Shown here: piece after piece, positions 42,501 through 52,849 of the stretch
Numbering within the stretch: position 1 is the stretch's first letter
Layout: the number at the start of each line of letters is the position of its first letter
Source of the DNA: an uncultured Gammaproteobacteria bacterium
Lineage (GTDB): Bacteria > Pseudomonadota > Gammaproteobacteria > Natronospirales > JAIVGZ01
Direction: 5' to 3'
NCBI GenBank assembly: GCA_964552205.1
Contig: CAZKFT010000001.1
Coordinates: 50,705 to 114,704, forward strand
Length of the DNA stretch: 64,000 nucleotides
Notes under the pieces: model-generated
The model's database searches: none
What the model was told of the DNA's origin: nothing
Seen by the model: the letters and a program-made list of their open reading frames with translations, nothing else
Translations under genes and position numbers: made by a program

Positions 42501-44117
42501 GTGAAGCTCGCGCTCGCGCAGCTTGACCTCCTGGTCGGTGATGTCACCGGCAACGTGTCGCGCATCGTCGCCACCGCTGCGCACGCGCGCGACGTGTTGC
42601 ATGCGGATATCGTCATCTTCCCGGAGCTCACGCTTACCGGCTACCCTCCCGAGGACCTATTGCTTCACGCTGGCCTGCGTGAGCGGGTTGCGGCTGGCCT
42701 CACTCGCGTGCGTGACGAGGTCAATGGGATTGGTGTCATCATCGGCTTGCCGGAATGGGAAGGTGACGACTGCTTCAACAGCGCTTTCCTCGTGCACGAT
42801 GGACGCATCGTCGGCAAGTATCGCAAAACCTTGCTTCCCAATTACGCGGTCTTCGACGAAAAGCGCTACTTCACACCCGGCCATGAACCTTGCGTGGTGG
42901 AGTTCGCTGGTATGCGGATTGGCCTCACCATTTGCGAGGATCTCTGGTTTCAGGGGCCCAGCCAGGATTCGGTCAACGCCGGCGCGGAGGTCCTTGTGAA
43001 CATCAGCGCCTCTCCATTCCAGATAGGGCGGCAAGCCCACCGCGAGCAGAACATCTTCGGAAGCCGTGCCCGCGAGACCGGCGTACCCGTTGTGAGTGTG
43101 AATCTCGTCGGCGGCCAGGACGAGCTGGTGTTCGACGGTGGGTCCATCGTGATGGACGGGAACGCGGAAGTACGGGTTCGCGCGCCATCCTTCGTCGAGG
43201 CAGTCGCCGTCGCTGAGCTCGAACGTGATCCGGCGGGCCACGTTGTGGTTGCAGGGGGCGAACTGGCGGCAGAACAGGGCATGGAAGAGAGCGTCTGGCA
43301 CGCCCTTACGCTGGGCATCCGGGATTACGTGGAAAAGAACGCGTTTCCGGGTGTGGTGCTCGGCCTGTCTGGTGGTATTGACTCCGCGCTGGTGGCGACG
43401 CTGGCGGTGGATGCACTCGGTGCAGACCGCGTGCAGACCGTGATGATGCCATCACGCCATACTTCGGCCATGAGCGTGGAGGATGGTGCATTACTTGCCC
43501 ATACACTGGGGACCACGCATCGCGAAATCAGCATAGAGCCGGCCTACAGTGCGTTACTGGAGTCACTTTCGCCCTCATTCGGGTCGAAGCCCGTGGACAC
43601 GGCAGAGCAGAACCTTCAAGCGCGCGTGCGCGGCACCATCCTGATGGGCTTGTCGAACAAGTTCGGATGGTTGTTGCTGTTGACGGGCAACAAGAGCGAG
43701 TTCGCTGTCGGATACTCCACGCTTTACGGCGACATGGCAGGTGGCTTTGCACCACTGAAGGATTGCAGCAAGACCCTGGTCTATGCCCTAGCCCGGTGGC
43801 GCAACGGTGATGAAGTGGTGATTCCTCGACGGTCCATCGAGCGGCCACCCAGCGCCGAACTCGCACCTGGCCAGTTGGACCAGGATACCCTGCCGCCCTA
43901 TGCGGAGTTGGATGCCATCATCCGCGATGCCATCGAACTGGAATTGTCACAAGAGGAAATGGTACGGAGAGGGCACGATGCCGATGCTGTCGCGCATGTG
44001 GTCTCCCTGATCCGGAGGAATGAGTACAAACGGCGCCAGGCCGCCCCGGGAGTGCGGATCACCGGACGCGCTTTCGGTCGCGACCGGCGCTACCCGATTA
44101 CCTCCGGCTACCGCTGA
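42501..44117 (+). CDS. nadE: glutamine-dependent NAD+ synthetase
   Basis: It has an N-terminal CN-hydrolase domain (FPEL, ICEDLW) plus a C-terminal NAD synthetase PP-loop, GLSGGIDS. It has a GTG start. Confidence 0.9.
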   Translation: MKLALAQLDLLVGDVTGNVSRIVATAAHARDVLHADIVIFPELTLTGYPPEDLLLHAGLRERVAAGLTRVRDEVNGIGVIIGLPEWEGDDCFNSAFLVHDGRIVGKYRKTLLPNYAVFDEKRYFTPGHEPCVVEFAGMRIGLTICEDLWFQGPSQDSVNAGAEVLVNISASPFQIGRQAHREQNIFGSRARETGVPVVSVNLVGGQDELVFDGGSIVMDGNAEVRVRAPSFVEAVAVAELERDPAGHVVVAGGELAAEQGMEESVWHALTLGIRDYVEKNAFPGVVLGLSGGIDSALVATLAVDALGADRVQTVMMPSRHTSAMSVEDGALLAHTLGTTHREISIEPAYSALLESLSPSFGSKPVDTAEQNLQARVRGTILMGLSNKFGWLLLLTGNKSEFAVGYSTLYGDMAGGFAPLKDCSKTLVYALARWRNGDEVVIPRRSIERPPSAELAPGQLDQDTLPPYAELDAIIRDAIELELSQEEMVRRGHDADAVAHVVSLIRRNEYKRRQAAPGVRITGRAFGRDRRYPITSGYR

Positions 44118-44871
44118 GGCGTGAGCTCGCCTCCGGGTGGTTCAGCGCAATCACGCGGGCGACATCATCCGCCAAATCATTCATTTCCAGATTGCGGTAG
44201 GCATTGTGCAGGATGACCAGCGCCTCAATCGCGCTGGGTGTCTCGTCGTACTGTTCGATGACGGTTCGCGCACGGGTGGCGGCACTGACCCAAGCACTCA
44301 AGGTCATGTAGTAGCGCGCAACATACAACTCGTGACGCGCAAGCTGGTTACGCAGGAACACCATGCGTTGCTGCGCGTCCGGCACGTAGCGGCTGGCGGG
44401 ATAGCTGGTGACCAGCAATTGGAAACTCTGGAAGGATTGGCGCGCCAGTGACGGGTCGCGCCGGGCGGGGTCCACACCGAAAGCTGCATCCATCACATTC
44501 AGACTGCGGTCAAAGTTGATCAGTCCGCGCAGGTAATGCACATAGTCCATATCGGGATGCCGCGGCTGCTCGCGTAGCAATCTGTCCGCTGCTGCCTCCG
44601 CCTGCTCGAAGCTGCGGGCTTTGTAGTGTGCGAAGATGATTTCCAGTTGCGCTTGCTGTGCTTCCGCGCTGAACGGGAAGCGGGATTCCAGCTGCTGGAA
44701 CATGACCACTGCCAATCCGAAGTTGTTGACGTCGATGGCCCTCTGCGCCCCTGCATACAAGGCCGGTGCATCCATCCTGGTCATGTCTACCTGGGTACGG
44801 GAACCGGAACACGCGGTAAGCGCTGTTAGGGCGATGGACAGGCAAAGCAGGACAACGGTACGCTTGAACAT
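44098..44871 (-). CDS. bamD: outer membrane protein assembly factor BamD
   Basis: It has a lipobox (LTAC) and TPR-like repeats. It sits divergent from rluD as in E. coli. The ATG at 44871 gives a normal signal peptide; an alternative start is at 44910. Its 3' end overlaps nadE by 20 nt. Confidence 0.8.
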   Translation of the reverse strand: MFKRTVVLLCLSIALTALTACSGSRTQVDMTRMDAPALYAGAQRAIDVNNFGLAVVMFQQLESRFPFSAEAQQAQLEIIFAHYKARSFEQAEAAADRLLREQPRHPDMDYVHYLRGLINFDRSLNVMDAAFGVDPARRDPSLARQSFQSFQLLVTSYPASRYVPDAQQRMVFLRNQLARHELYVARYYMTLSAWVSAATRARTVIEQYDETPSAIEALVILHNAYRNLEMNDLADDVARVIALNHPEASSRLSGSRR

Positions 44872-44937
44872 GGATATAGGAGACCAAGATGACTTGCGGA
44901 AGTTCAGCATTCTACCGGCCGCTGGCCATGGCGGCCA

Positions 44938-45906
44938 GTGGGTCTCGGGATGAGGGGTGAATCATTGCGCCGTGAGGCGCTGGTTCCTGCGGAGCAGGCA
45001 GGTGCGCGCGCAGACATCGCCTTGGCGGCCCTTTGGCCCGAATTCTCCAGGTCACGCATCCAGCGCTGGATCAAGGATGGTCAGGTCACACTGGATGGAA
45101 AGGTGGTCCGTCCGCGCGATCCGGTCCCTGCTGGTGCCAAAGTGGTGCTCGCCACGACCCTGGAGCCGGTCGGGGACGACCTTCCAGAGCCCATAGGGCT
45201 GGATGTCGTCTACGAAGACCCGCATCTGATTGTCATCAACAAGCCCTCAGGCCTGGTCGTGCATCCCGGTGCAGGAAATCGGCAGGGGACCTTGGTCAAC
45301 GCACTGCTGAATTTTGCCCCGGAGCTGGTCCGCCTCCCGAGGGCTGGCTTGGTACACAGGCTGGATAAGGACACCTCGGGCCTGCTGGTCATCGGTCGTA
45401 CGGTACCCATCCACACCCGCTTGGTCGAAATGATGCAGGCCAGGGAAATCGCTCGCGAGTATCGAGCCTTGGTCAATGGGGTTCCCACCGGGGGCGGCAC
45501 CATCGATGAACCCATTGGGCGCCACCCAACCGACCGTACCAGGATGGCCATACGCGATCAGGGTCGCGCTGCGGTCACGCATTTCACCGTCATCGAGCGC
45601 TTTCGTGCGCACGCGTTGCTGGCAGTCAAACTGGAAACCGGCAGGACGCATCAGATACGCGTTCATCTCGCCCACCGCCGTTACCCGATTGTGGGTGACC
45701 CTGTATACGGTCGTCGCCAGCTTCTGCCGTCAGCTCCGTCCGAAGCGCTGATTGAGGCGCTACGGTCGTTTCGACGCCAAGCACTGCACGCAGCCCGCCT
45801 GTCGTTCACGCATCCCGGAACAGGAGCGCCTGCCGAATTTGAAGCGCCACTTCCTGCTGATTTTGAGCAGGTGATTGCGACACTGAGAGAAGATGCTGGC
45901 GCCTGA
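44938..45906 (+). CDS. rluD: 23S rRNA pseudouridine synthase RluD
   Basis: It has an S4 domain plus the catalytic motif HRLDKDTSGLLV. It shows synteny with bamD and pgeF. Confidence 0.85.
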   Translation: MGLGMRGESLRREALVPAEQAGARADIALAALWPEFSRSRIQRWIKDGQVTLDGKVVRPRDPVPAGAKVVLATTLEPVGDDLPEPIGLDVVYEDPHLIVINKPSGLVVHPGAGNRQGTLVNALLNFAPELVRLPRAGLVHRLDKDTSGLLVIGRTVPIHTRLVEMMQAREIAREYRALVNGVPTGGGTIDEPIGRHPTDRTRMAIRDQGRAAVTHFTVIERFRAHALLAVKLETGRTHQIRVHLAHRRYPIVGDPVYGRRQLLPSAPSEALIEALRSFRRQALHAARLSFTHPGTGAPAEFEAPLPADFEQVIATLREDAGA

Positions 45907-46540
45907 ATGGCCGGTGCCTGGTCATGTGCGCGCCGTCCTGACGCTCAAGGGAGAGTCTTTGCCCCACGAGCTACCGGCGGAGCCCTGCTGGCTGCAGCAG
46001 GTTCATGGCCGCGAGGTTGTCAGGCCACGCGCGGGTGAACAGAATCTGGTCGGTGATGCGGCAGTCGCAACGCTGCCTGGAATCGTCTTGGCGGTGCGCA
46101 CTGCAGACTGCCTGCCGGTGGTTTTTGCGGCTCAAGACGGGAGTGCAGTGGCTGTCGCGCACGCCGGATGGCGTGGCTTGGCAGCGGGTGTCCTCGAGGC
46201 AACAGTCGAAGCCATGGCCTTGGCCCCGGCGCGCTTGAGCGCGTGGCTGGGGCCGGCGATTGGCTGGGATGCATTCGAAGTAGGCCCGGAGGTTCGTGAA
46301 GCCTTGCTCATAGGAGATCCGGGTGCGGGGGCGCAATTCCGACCAGGGAGGGACGACCGGTGGCATGCAGACCTTGCAGGACTTGCGCGTCGGCGCTTGA
46401 TGACTTTGGGGCTCACCGCCATCAGTGGCGGTTCGTGGTGCACCGTCAGTGAGCCGAGCCGCTTTTACTCCTATCGCCGCGGCGACGAAACCGCGAGAAT
46501 GGCAACCTTGGTGTGGATGGAGATGGTAACCAAAGCATGA
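45893..46540 (+). CDS. pgeF: YfiH/PgeF family (peptidoglycan editing factor / polyphenol oxidase-like)
   Basis: It has conserved TADCLPV and HAGWRG motifs and ...CT...FYSYRR. It lies downstream of rluD as in E. coli. It is somewhat short (215 aa), so the start is uncertain. Confidence 0.75.
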   Translation: MLAPEWPVPGHVRAVLTLKGESLPHELPAEPCWLQQVHGREVVRPRAGEQNLVGDAAVATLPGIVLAVRTADCLPVVFAAQDGSAVAVAHAGWRGLAAGVLEATVEAMALAPARLSAWLGPAIGWDAFEVGPEVREALLIGDPGAGAQFRPGRDDRWHADLAGLARRRLMTLGLTAISGGSWCTVSEPSRFYSYRRGDETARMATLVWMEMVTKA

Positions 46541-47316
46541 GCCTGCTGTTTGCGATTTTGTTGTTTTGTCTTCTCGGCGGCGTCGTGTCTGCAGTCGCGG
46601 CGGCGGCCTTCCTGTTGTTGGACGAAACGCGCAGAAACCGGCTATTGCCGCACTTCGTCAGCTTCGCCACCGGAGCACTGTTGGGCGCGGCGTTTCTCGC
46701 CTTGTTGCCGCATGCCCTTTCCCATCCCGAGGTTGGCGATTTCCATCTGGTTGGCTTCGCGGTGTTGGCGGGCCTCGTCGGGTTTTTCATCCTGGAAAAG
46801 GTTTTGCTGTGGCGGCATTGCCATCACGAAGACTGCGATGTGCATGCAGTTGAGGACCATCACCGGGACCGCGCTGCCGGCATGATGGTCCTGGTCGGCG
46901 ATGGTATGCACAACTTCATCGACGGTGTGCTCATCGCTGCGGCGTTCCTCACCGATTTTCACCTTGGCGTTGTGACCGCACTGGCCGTTATCGCCCATGA
47001 AATTCCGCAGGAAGTCGGCGACTTGGCGGTGTTGCTCCATGCTGGATATGGCCGAGCCAAGGCCTTTTTATTCAATATTGCTGCAAGCCTCACGACGGTC
47101 GTGGGCGGCGCCCTGGGGTACTTCGCGCTTGCTGGCGTAGAGCATGTCTTACCCTATGTCCTGGCGGTTGCCGCTTCGAGTTTCATCTATGTGGCCATTG
47201 CTGACCTGATTCCCGCCATGCACCGCCGTTCGGATACCCGCACGTCCGTGGCGCAGGTCGCCCTCATTCTGGCCGGTATCACGGTCATCTACCTGGGTCA
47301 TACCTTCTTGCACTGA
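46537..47316 (+). CDS. ZIP family metal (zinc) transporter
   Basis: It has about 8 TM helices, a His-rich loop (HCHHEDCDVHAVEDHHRD) and the ZIP signatures HNFIDGV and HEIPQEVGD. The ATG at 46537 overlaps the pgeF stop. Confidence 0.8.
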   Translation: MSLLFAILLFCLLGGVVSAVAAAAFLLLDETRRNRLLPHFVSFATGALLGAAFLALLPHALSHPEVGDFHLVGFAVLAGLVGFFILEKVLLWRHCHHEDCDVHAVEDHHRDRAAGMMVLVGDGMHNFIDGVLIAAAFLTDFHLGVVTALAVIAHEIPQEVGDLAVLLHAGYGRAKAFLFNIAASLTTVVGGALGYFALAGVEHVLPYVLAVAASSFIYVAIADLIPAMHRRSDTRTSVAQVALILAGITVIYLGHTFLH

Positions 47317-47328
47317 GGGTGAGCAGGG

Positions 47329-47357
47329 CTTGATTCCTGCGCGGACAGGCCCAATAT
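47329..47357 (+). promoter_or_regulatory. sigma32 heat-shock promoter of clpB
   Basis: CTTGATT, a 14-nt spacer and CCCAATAT compare with the consensus CTTGAAA-N13-15-CCCCATNT. It lies about 30 nt upstream of the clpB ATG. Confidence 0.55.
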
Positions 47358-47388
47358 CGGGCTTATTCATGCATTCCAGGACACAGCC

Positions 47389-49971
47389 ATGCGCCTCGAC
47401 AAACTGACAAGCAAGTTCCAGATGGCGATTTCCGACGCGCAGTCGCTTGCCGTCGGGCGCGATCACGCCTTCATCGAGCCAGCCCACCTCATGGTCGCCC
47501 TGCTGGACCAAGAGGGCGGGGGAGTGCGGCCGCTGCTTGCTGCTGCCGGTGTCAATGTGAACCGGCTTCGTTCCCAATTGGGAGACACCCTGGACCGGAT
47601 GCCCAGGGTAGAGGGCAATGCAGGTGAGGTTCATGTGTCGAACGAACTGGGGAAGATTCTCAACTTGTGCGACAAGTTCGCACAGAAGCGAAAAGACCAG
47701 TACATCTCCTCGGAACTGTTCTTGCTGGCGGCGATGGAAGCTGGTGGCCAGCTCGCCGAGGCGCTCACACAGGCAGGTGCGGTCAAGGGTGCGCTCGAGA
47801 AAGCCATCGATGAAGTTCGAGGTGGACAGTCGGTGCAGGATCCCAACGCGGAGGAGCAGCGGCAGGCACTGGAGAAGTACACCATTGATCTGACCGAGCG
47901 CGCAGAGCAGGGCAAGCTCGACCCGGTCATCGGCAGGGACGAGGAAATTCGTCGCGCGATTCAGGTTCTGCAACGCCGCACAAAGAACAACCCGGTGCTG
48001 ATTGGAGAGCCAGGCGTGGGTAAAACCGCCATTGTCGAAGGGCTGGCCCAGCGTATCGTCAACGGCGAGGTGCCCGAGGGCCTCAAGGACAAGCGTTTGC
48101 TTTCGCTGGACATGGGATCGCTCATTGCGGGTGCGAAGTTCCGCGGAGAGTTCGAGGAACGCCTCAAGGCTGTTCTCAGTGACCTCTCGAAACAGGAGGG
48201 CCGCATCATCCTGTTCATTGACGAGGTGCACACCATGGTGGGCGCGGGCAAGGCCGAGGGTTCGATGGATGCCGGCAATATGCTCAAGCCTGCGCTGGCA
48301 CGCGGTGAACTCCATTGCATCGGTGCAACCACGCTGGACGAATACCGAAAGTACATCGAAAAGGATGCAGCCCTCGAGCGTCGATTCCAGAAGGTTTTCG
48401 TGGCCGAACCCAGTGTCGAGGACACCATCGCCATCCTGCGCGGCCTTAAAGAGCGATATGAAGTCCATCACGGCGTGGACATCACCGATCCGGCCATCGT
48501 TGCTGCCGCGACACTATCGCATCGTTACATCAGCGATCGACAGTTGCCCGACAAGGCAATCGATCTCATCGACGAGGCAGCCAGCAGGATTCGCATGGAA
48601 ATTGACTCCAAGCCAGAGGAGCTCGACCGCTTGGAGCGACGCATGATTCAGCTGAAAATCGAGCGAGAAGCGCTCAAGAAGGAAACCGACGATTCATCGA
48701 AGAAACGTCTGGCGCAGTTGGACGAGGAACTCGCCCGGCTTGAGCGGGAGTTCGCGGACCTTGAGGAAATCTGGCGTTCGGAGAAGGCAGCCGTCCAGGG
48801 CAGTACACACATCAAGGAAGCACTGGAACGCGCACGCCTGGAATTGGAGACGGCGCATCGCGCCAGCGACTTGGCGCGCATGTCGGAATTGCAGTACGGC
48901 CGCATCCCGGAGTTGGAAAAGCAGCTCAAATCGGCGGAGTCTGCGTCAACAACCGAGTTCAAGCTGCTGCGCAACCGCGTGTCCGATGAGGAAGTGGCGG
49001 AGGTGGTTTCCAAGTGGACCGGCATCCCGGTTTCAAAGATGCTGGAAGGCGAGCGCGACAAGCTTCTACGCATGGAGGAAGCGCTGGGCCAGCGCGTTGT
49101 GGGGCAGAAAGAAGCGGTCAGCGCGGTTTCAAATGCCATCCGCCGTACCCGGGCGGGCCTTTCCGATCCCAATCGTCCCAGTGGTTCGTTCATGTTTCTC
49201 GGACCAACCGGAGTGGGTAAGACGGAGTTGACCAAAGCCCTGGCACACTTCCTGTTTGACACCGAGGATGCGCTGGTTCGAATCGACATGAGCGAGTTCA
49301 TGGAGAAGCACTCGGTGGCACGGATGATTGGTGCACCTCCTGGCTATGTCGGATATGAGGAGGGCGGATACCTCACGGAAGCCGTACGCCGCCGCCCTTA
49401 CTCCGTCATTCTTCTGGATGAGATCGAGAAAGCCCACCCGGATGTGTTCAACATACTGTTGCAGGTACTGGACGACGGTCGCTTGACGGATGGACAGGGA
49501 CGCACTGTTGACTTCCGCAACACCGTCATCGTGATGACTTCCAACCTCGGATCGCAGGTCATTCAGGAGATGGCGGGTGAGGAGAACTATGCGCGCATGA
49601 AGGATGCTGTCATGGAAACACTTGTCCAACACTTCCGCCCGGAGTTCCTGAATCGTGTGGACGACGTGGTCGTGTTCCATCCACTAGGGCAGGACGAAAT
49701 CCGGCGTATCGCGGACATCCAACTCGATTTTCTGCGCGCGCGTCTTTCCGAGCGGGATATCACGCTTGAGGTCAGTCAGTCTGCACTGGAAAGGCTCGGC
49801 AAAGCGGGGTTCGACCCGGTCTATGGCGCAAGGCCCTTGAAGCGAGCCATCCAGCAACAACTGGAAAACCCGTTGGCGCAACGCATCCTGCAGGGTGAGT
49901 TTGGTCCTGGGGATATAGTCAAGGTTGAGGGCCATGACTTGGGTTTGGCGTTTAGCCGCAATTCAGCGTAA
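47389..49971 (+). CDS. clpB: disaggregase chaperone ClpB
   Basis: The 860-aa product has two AAA+ modules ([16 protein letters not shown]), a long middle coiled-coil and typical Clp N-repeats. Confidence 0.97.
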   Translation: MRLDKLTSKFQMAISDAQSLAVGRDHAFIEPAHLMVALLDQEGGGVRPLLAAAGVNVNRLRSQLGDTLDRMPRVEGNAGEVHVSNELGKILNLCDKFAQKRKDQYISSELFLLAAMEAGGQLAEALTQAGAVKGALEKAIDEVRGGQSVQDPNAEEQRQALEKYTIDLTERAEQGKLDPVIGRDEEIRRAIQVLQRRTKNNPVLIGEPGVGKTAIVEGLAQRIVNGEVPEGLKDKRLLSLDMGSLIAGAKFRGEFEERLKAVLSDLSKQEGRIILFIDEVHTMVGAGKAEGSMDAGNMLKPALARGELHCIGATTLDEYRKYIEKDAALERRFQKVFVAEPSVEDTIAILRGLKERYEVHHGVDITDPAIVAAATLSHRYISDRQLPDKAIDLIDEAASRIRMEIDSKPEELDRLERRMIQLKIEREALKKETDDSSKKRLAQLDEELARLEREFADLEEIWRSEKAAVQGSTHIKEALERARLELETAHRASDLARMSELQYGRIPELEKQLKSAESASTTEFKLLRNRVSDEEVAEVVSKWTGIPVSKMLEGERDKLLRMEEALGQRVVGQKEAVSAVSNAIRRTRAGLSDPNRPSGSFMFLGPTGVGKTELTKALAHFLFDTEDALVRIDMSEFMEKHSVARMIGAPPGYVGYEEGGYLTEAVRRRPYSVILLDEIEKAHPDVFNILLQVLDDGRLTDGQGRTVDFRNTVIVMTSNLGSQVIQEMAGEENYARMKDAVMETLVQHFRPEFLNRVDDVVVFHPLGQDEIRRIADIQLDFLRARLSERDITLEVSQSALERLGKAGFDPVYGARPLKRAIQQQLENPLAQRILQGEFGPGDIVKVEGHDLGLAFSRNSA

Positions 49972-51423
49972 GGGTTCGCAGGCCTGACTTGGCTGGCCAA
50001 GGCAATCGATGACGGTCTTACGCAACCTGTCTGGAAGCGTATCAATGGTGGAAATGACACCATGTTCCAACCATGGCGCTTTCAGGGTGAAAAGGAGATC
50101 GAGATGTCGTTGGACATCGAGGGATGACATTTCATCAGGCTCCGGTACATGATGCATGCTGTCGAGCCGGAGGCCGTGGTCTCCCTGGATGAGGATGATG
50201 GCATCGGGATTCGATGCACTCACGATATCAACGACTCGCATGATGCGTGCGTGAGTGCAAAGGACTTGCTCAGCATAGGTTTCTTCTATAAGGGCTGCTG
50301 AGAGGTGTGGGGGAATCTGCCCACTCAGCAGGTCCAGAACGACCCACCTGTCCCTGCTGGCCAACCCACATTCCGAATCTAGTACATACGGAAAATGGGG
50401 GAGCATCAGGTGTATCAGATATGCCTTTCCATCCCTGCGCGTTCCGAAATGGGAATCAAGGTCATCCAAGAGCCCTAGCATGGTGACCGGTCGCGGAAAG
50501 ACTACTTTCCCCCTCATGTCGCCTAACCCCAGACCATGCAAAAGGGCGATACCACGCACGGACTTTGTGCTCAGGTAATCCGCCCTCAATACATCGACCA
50601 CGATTCGCAACCTTCCACCATTCAACGTTCCGAATCTGGCCATCTGGCGACCGCTGATGTTGCGGTTGTAGGTGTGGCAGGAGGCGACTTCCGGATCACA
50701 CAATTCTAGGAAATTGCTCTGGACGATCGTGACATCATAGCCAAACTCGCGGAGAATGCCGGGATAACCTGCATTTACGATAGAGTAACTGAATTGGCCC
50801 CTATGCCGATCGACATCCCCCCCGAACGTGGCACTCAGGGACCTGACAGTCGAACCGGAGGTCGCACGTGTCGACTCGAAGATTGTGAATCCTCGATCCG
50901 TATAGTCCTGCAACAATCTGCTTGACGCGAGGGCAGGATGAATCTCAGCCATTGCGGCATGAGAGGCATTCTCGTCAATGATGATGTGCAGGAATAAGGG
51001 TGTTGAGGTGTTTTCGATCGGGTAGGTCGGAAGCGGAGTGTCCAGTATTTCTTGGTTGTACGATACAACCGCAGCCAGCAGGAAGACCACCGCGAAGGTA
51101 CCGACACCTCGTCGTACTCCCTCACCCCAAGCGGAGCGGAGTAAGAAGTAAAGAATCGGCAGGACCGCAATGGCAATGACATCGATTGATATGAAGTACG
51201 CGTCTACCAACCAATAGCCCAAGAAGGCCAGTATGAATGAACTAAACGCCCTTGAGCGTGCGGCGAGGGCGGACAATGCAATACCCATTAAAACTGCCAC
51301 AGAACCGACGACCAGTGTCTCGAAGCTGGCCAGCGAGTAACCGACATCCAATAAGTGCGGCAATAGAATTGCCAGCAACATCGCAGAAAAATACAACGTC
51401 CAAGTTCTCACGCTCAGTTGCAC
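49963..51423 (-). CDS. membrane protein with alkaline-phosphatase-superfamily (sulfatase / LTA-synthase-like) domain
   Basis: It has 4-5 N-terminal TM helices. The soluble domain has LFLHIIIDE near its start and ILIQGDHG near its end, resembling the metal-ligand motifs of sulfatase-fold enzymes. GC is lower than in flanking DNA. The family call is tentative. Confidence 0.55.
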   Translation of the reverse strand: MQLSVRTWTLYFSAMLLAILLPHLLDVGYSLASFETLVVGSVAVLMGIALSALAARSRAFSSFILAFLGYWLVDAYFISIDVIAIAVLPILYFLLRSAWGEGVRRGVGTFAVVFLLAAVVSYNQEILDTPLPTYPIENTSTPLFLHIIIDENASHAAMAEIHPALASSRLLQDYTDRGFTIFESTRATSGSTVRSLSATFGGDVDRHRGQFSYSIVNAGYPGILREFGYDVTIVQSNFLELCDPEVASCHTYNRNISGRQMARFGTLNGGRLRIVVDVLRADYLSTKSVRGIALLHGLGLGDMRGKVVFPRPVTMLGLLDDLDSHFGTRRDGKAYLIHLMLPHFPYVLDSECGLASRDRWVVLDLLSGQIPPHLSAALIEETYAEQVLCTHARIMRVVDIVSASNPDAIILIQGDHGLRLDSMHHVPEPDEMSSLDVQRHLDLLFTLKAPWLEHGVISTIDTLPDRLRKTVIDCLGQPSQACEPLR

Positions 51424-52823
51424 CTGAAGCTGAAAAGGACGCGGCCCCCAGCCGATAGCTCGCGCTCATCGGTGATATCCGCGAATTCACCCAAGTAAGC
51501 ACGGAAGGTCTCCAAGCCATAGTCTACGAAGATATCCTCACGTGACTGGAGCATCTGCCTAACCATAATGTCGCTCTTCGGGACAAATTCGATAATCCCA
51601 CTGCGTGCAAGGCTTGTAATCCACTGGACGGCTTCTCGCAATGGAATGTTCTGTCCGATGGTCATATGGTGGATGAGCGCGAGAGCAAATATCGCATCGG
51701 GGCGTCCACGCTGGGATAAATCCTTGCGCTCGCTCAACCGCCAACCCAGGCTGGGGCTTGGATCGACACAGTTCATGACCAGAGGCAGCATGCCGGGATA
51801 CCTCTGCCTGGTCTGTTGGTATGCATATTCAAGCGCGTCAAGGTCGCTATCCAGGACTGCTGCGAATGATGCGCCAGCATCCAGAGCGGCAATGGAAAAA
51901 TCGCCCGAGTTTCCACCCAGGTCCCAAACGGACGTCACGCCTTCGAGCTGTACGAAGTTCGCGACGAACTGCCGCTTCGAGTTCCTAGTGTCATCGGAGT
52001 AACTGTTCACCGATGCGTACTGTTGCCAATAGGTCCCTTGCTTTCGAGCAGACTCCAAGCTTGCTATCAACCGATGCATCTCCGTGAGCAATACTCTATA
52101 TCGGCCTCTTGCCAGTTCCGGCGTACCGCTAACCGTGACAGAATCCGATGAGGTCACCCGCTGCGACTTGGCTTGCAGGGTGATATGCATGATGCCACTC
52201 AAGGTGAGCCACCTGCGCCAAGCCGGTAATAGCGCTGTGGCAGTCGCCAAGTCGATACCGTCAATGGAACCCCTCAGGAATGGCTGGAACGGGATGCCGC
52301 TCCAAGCCTCGAGCAAGAGTGGCACTAGGAACAGTCTGGTGAACTGGTTGTACCCCGCCCACGGTTCTCCCTCCCGGTACGGCCGGAGCGAGAGAATGTC
52401 GACGTGGATTGGTCTACCGTTATTGAACTGCATGTTATAAGGAGTCGCATCCGACAGCACGAAGCCTCGGTCCAGTGCCACCGTCTGGAGCTCTAGATGC
52501 TTGAGCGCTGCGTCCTTGAGCTGAGTGAACGTCCACTCGTAGGGGTATGTCACCAACTGAAGGCGGGGATGTTCGAGGACAACTGCCGGTGTCTCCCCAC
52601 GTGGCCCGCACAGGAGTCTGCGCAGGTCGTTGTCGATATCCACCCGCGTCGTCGGGATAAGCAATCCGCGGCCAATCAGTTCATCGAGCAGCCCGCAGTT
52701 CTCTAACGCAATGAAGCTTTCGCTCGCGGTCGAGTTGACCGTCCTAAGGACTCGTTGATCAAGATGGAAAACGTAGCCGGATGGGTCTCGGAAGGAGCCT
52801 GGGTCGCGGGACACGGTCGTCAA
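51414..52823 (-). CDS. class I SAM-dependent methyltransferase with N-terminal accessory domain
   Basis: The C-terminal half has motif I (VWDLGGNSGDFS) and a post-I acidic residue (VLDSD). The ~250-aa N-terminal domain starts GSFRDPSGYVF. It overlaps the downstream gene by 10 nt. Confidence 0.65.
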   Translation of the reverse strand: MTTVSRDPGSFRDPSGYVFHLDQRVLRTVNSTASESFIALENCGLLDELIGRGLLIPTTRVDIDNDLRRLLCGPRGETPAVVLEHPRLQLVTYPYEWTFTQLKDAALKHLELQTVALDRGFVLSDATPYNMQFNNGRPIHVDILSLRPYREGEPWAGYNQFTRLFLVPLLLEAWSGIPFQPFLRGSIDGIDLATATALLPAWRRWLTLSGIMHITLQAKSQRVTSSDSVTVSGTPELARGRYRVLLTEMHRLIASLESARKQGTYWQQYASVNSYSDDTRNSKRQFVANFVQLEGVTSVWDLGGNSGDFSIAALDAGASFAAVLDSDLDALEYAYQQTRQRYPGMLPLVMNCVDPSPSLGWRLSERKDLSQRGRPDAIFALALIHHMTIGQNIPLREAVQWITSLARSGIIEFVPKSDIMVRQMLQSREDIFVDYGLETFRAYLGEFADITDERELSAGGRVLFSFRCN

Positions 52824-52849
52824 GAATCATCGCTCCTGCAAGGCGGGTG

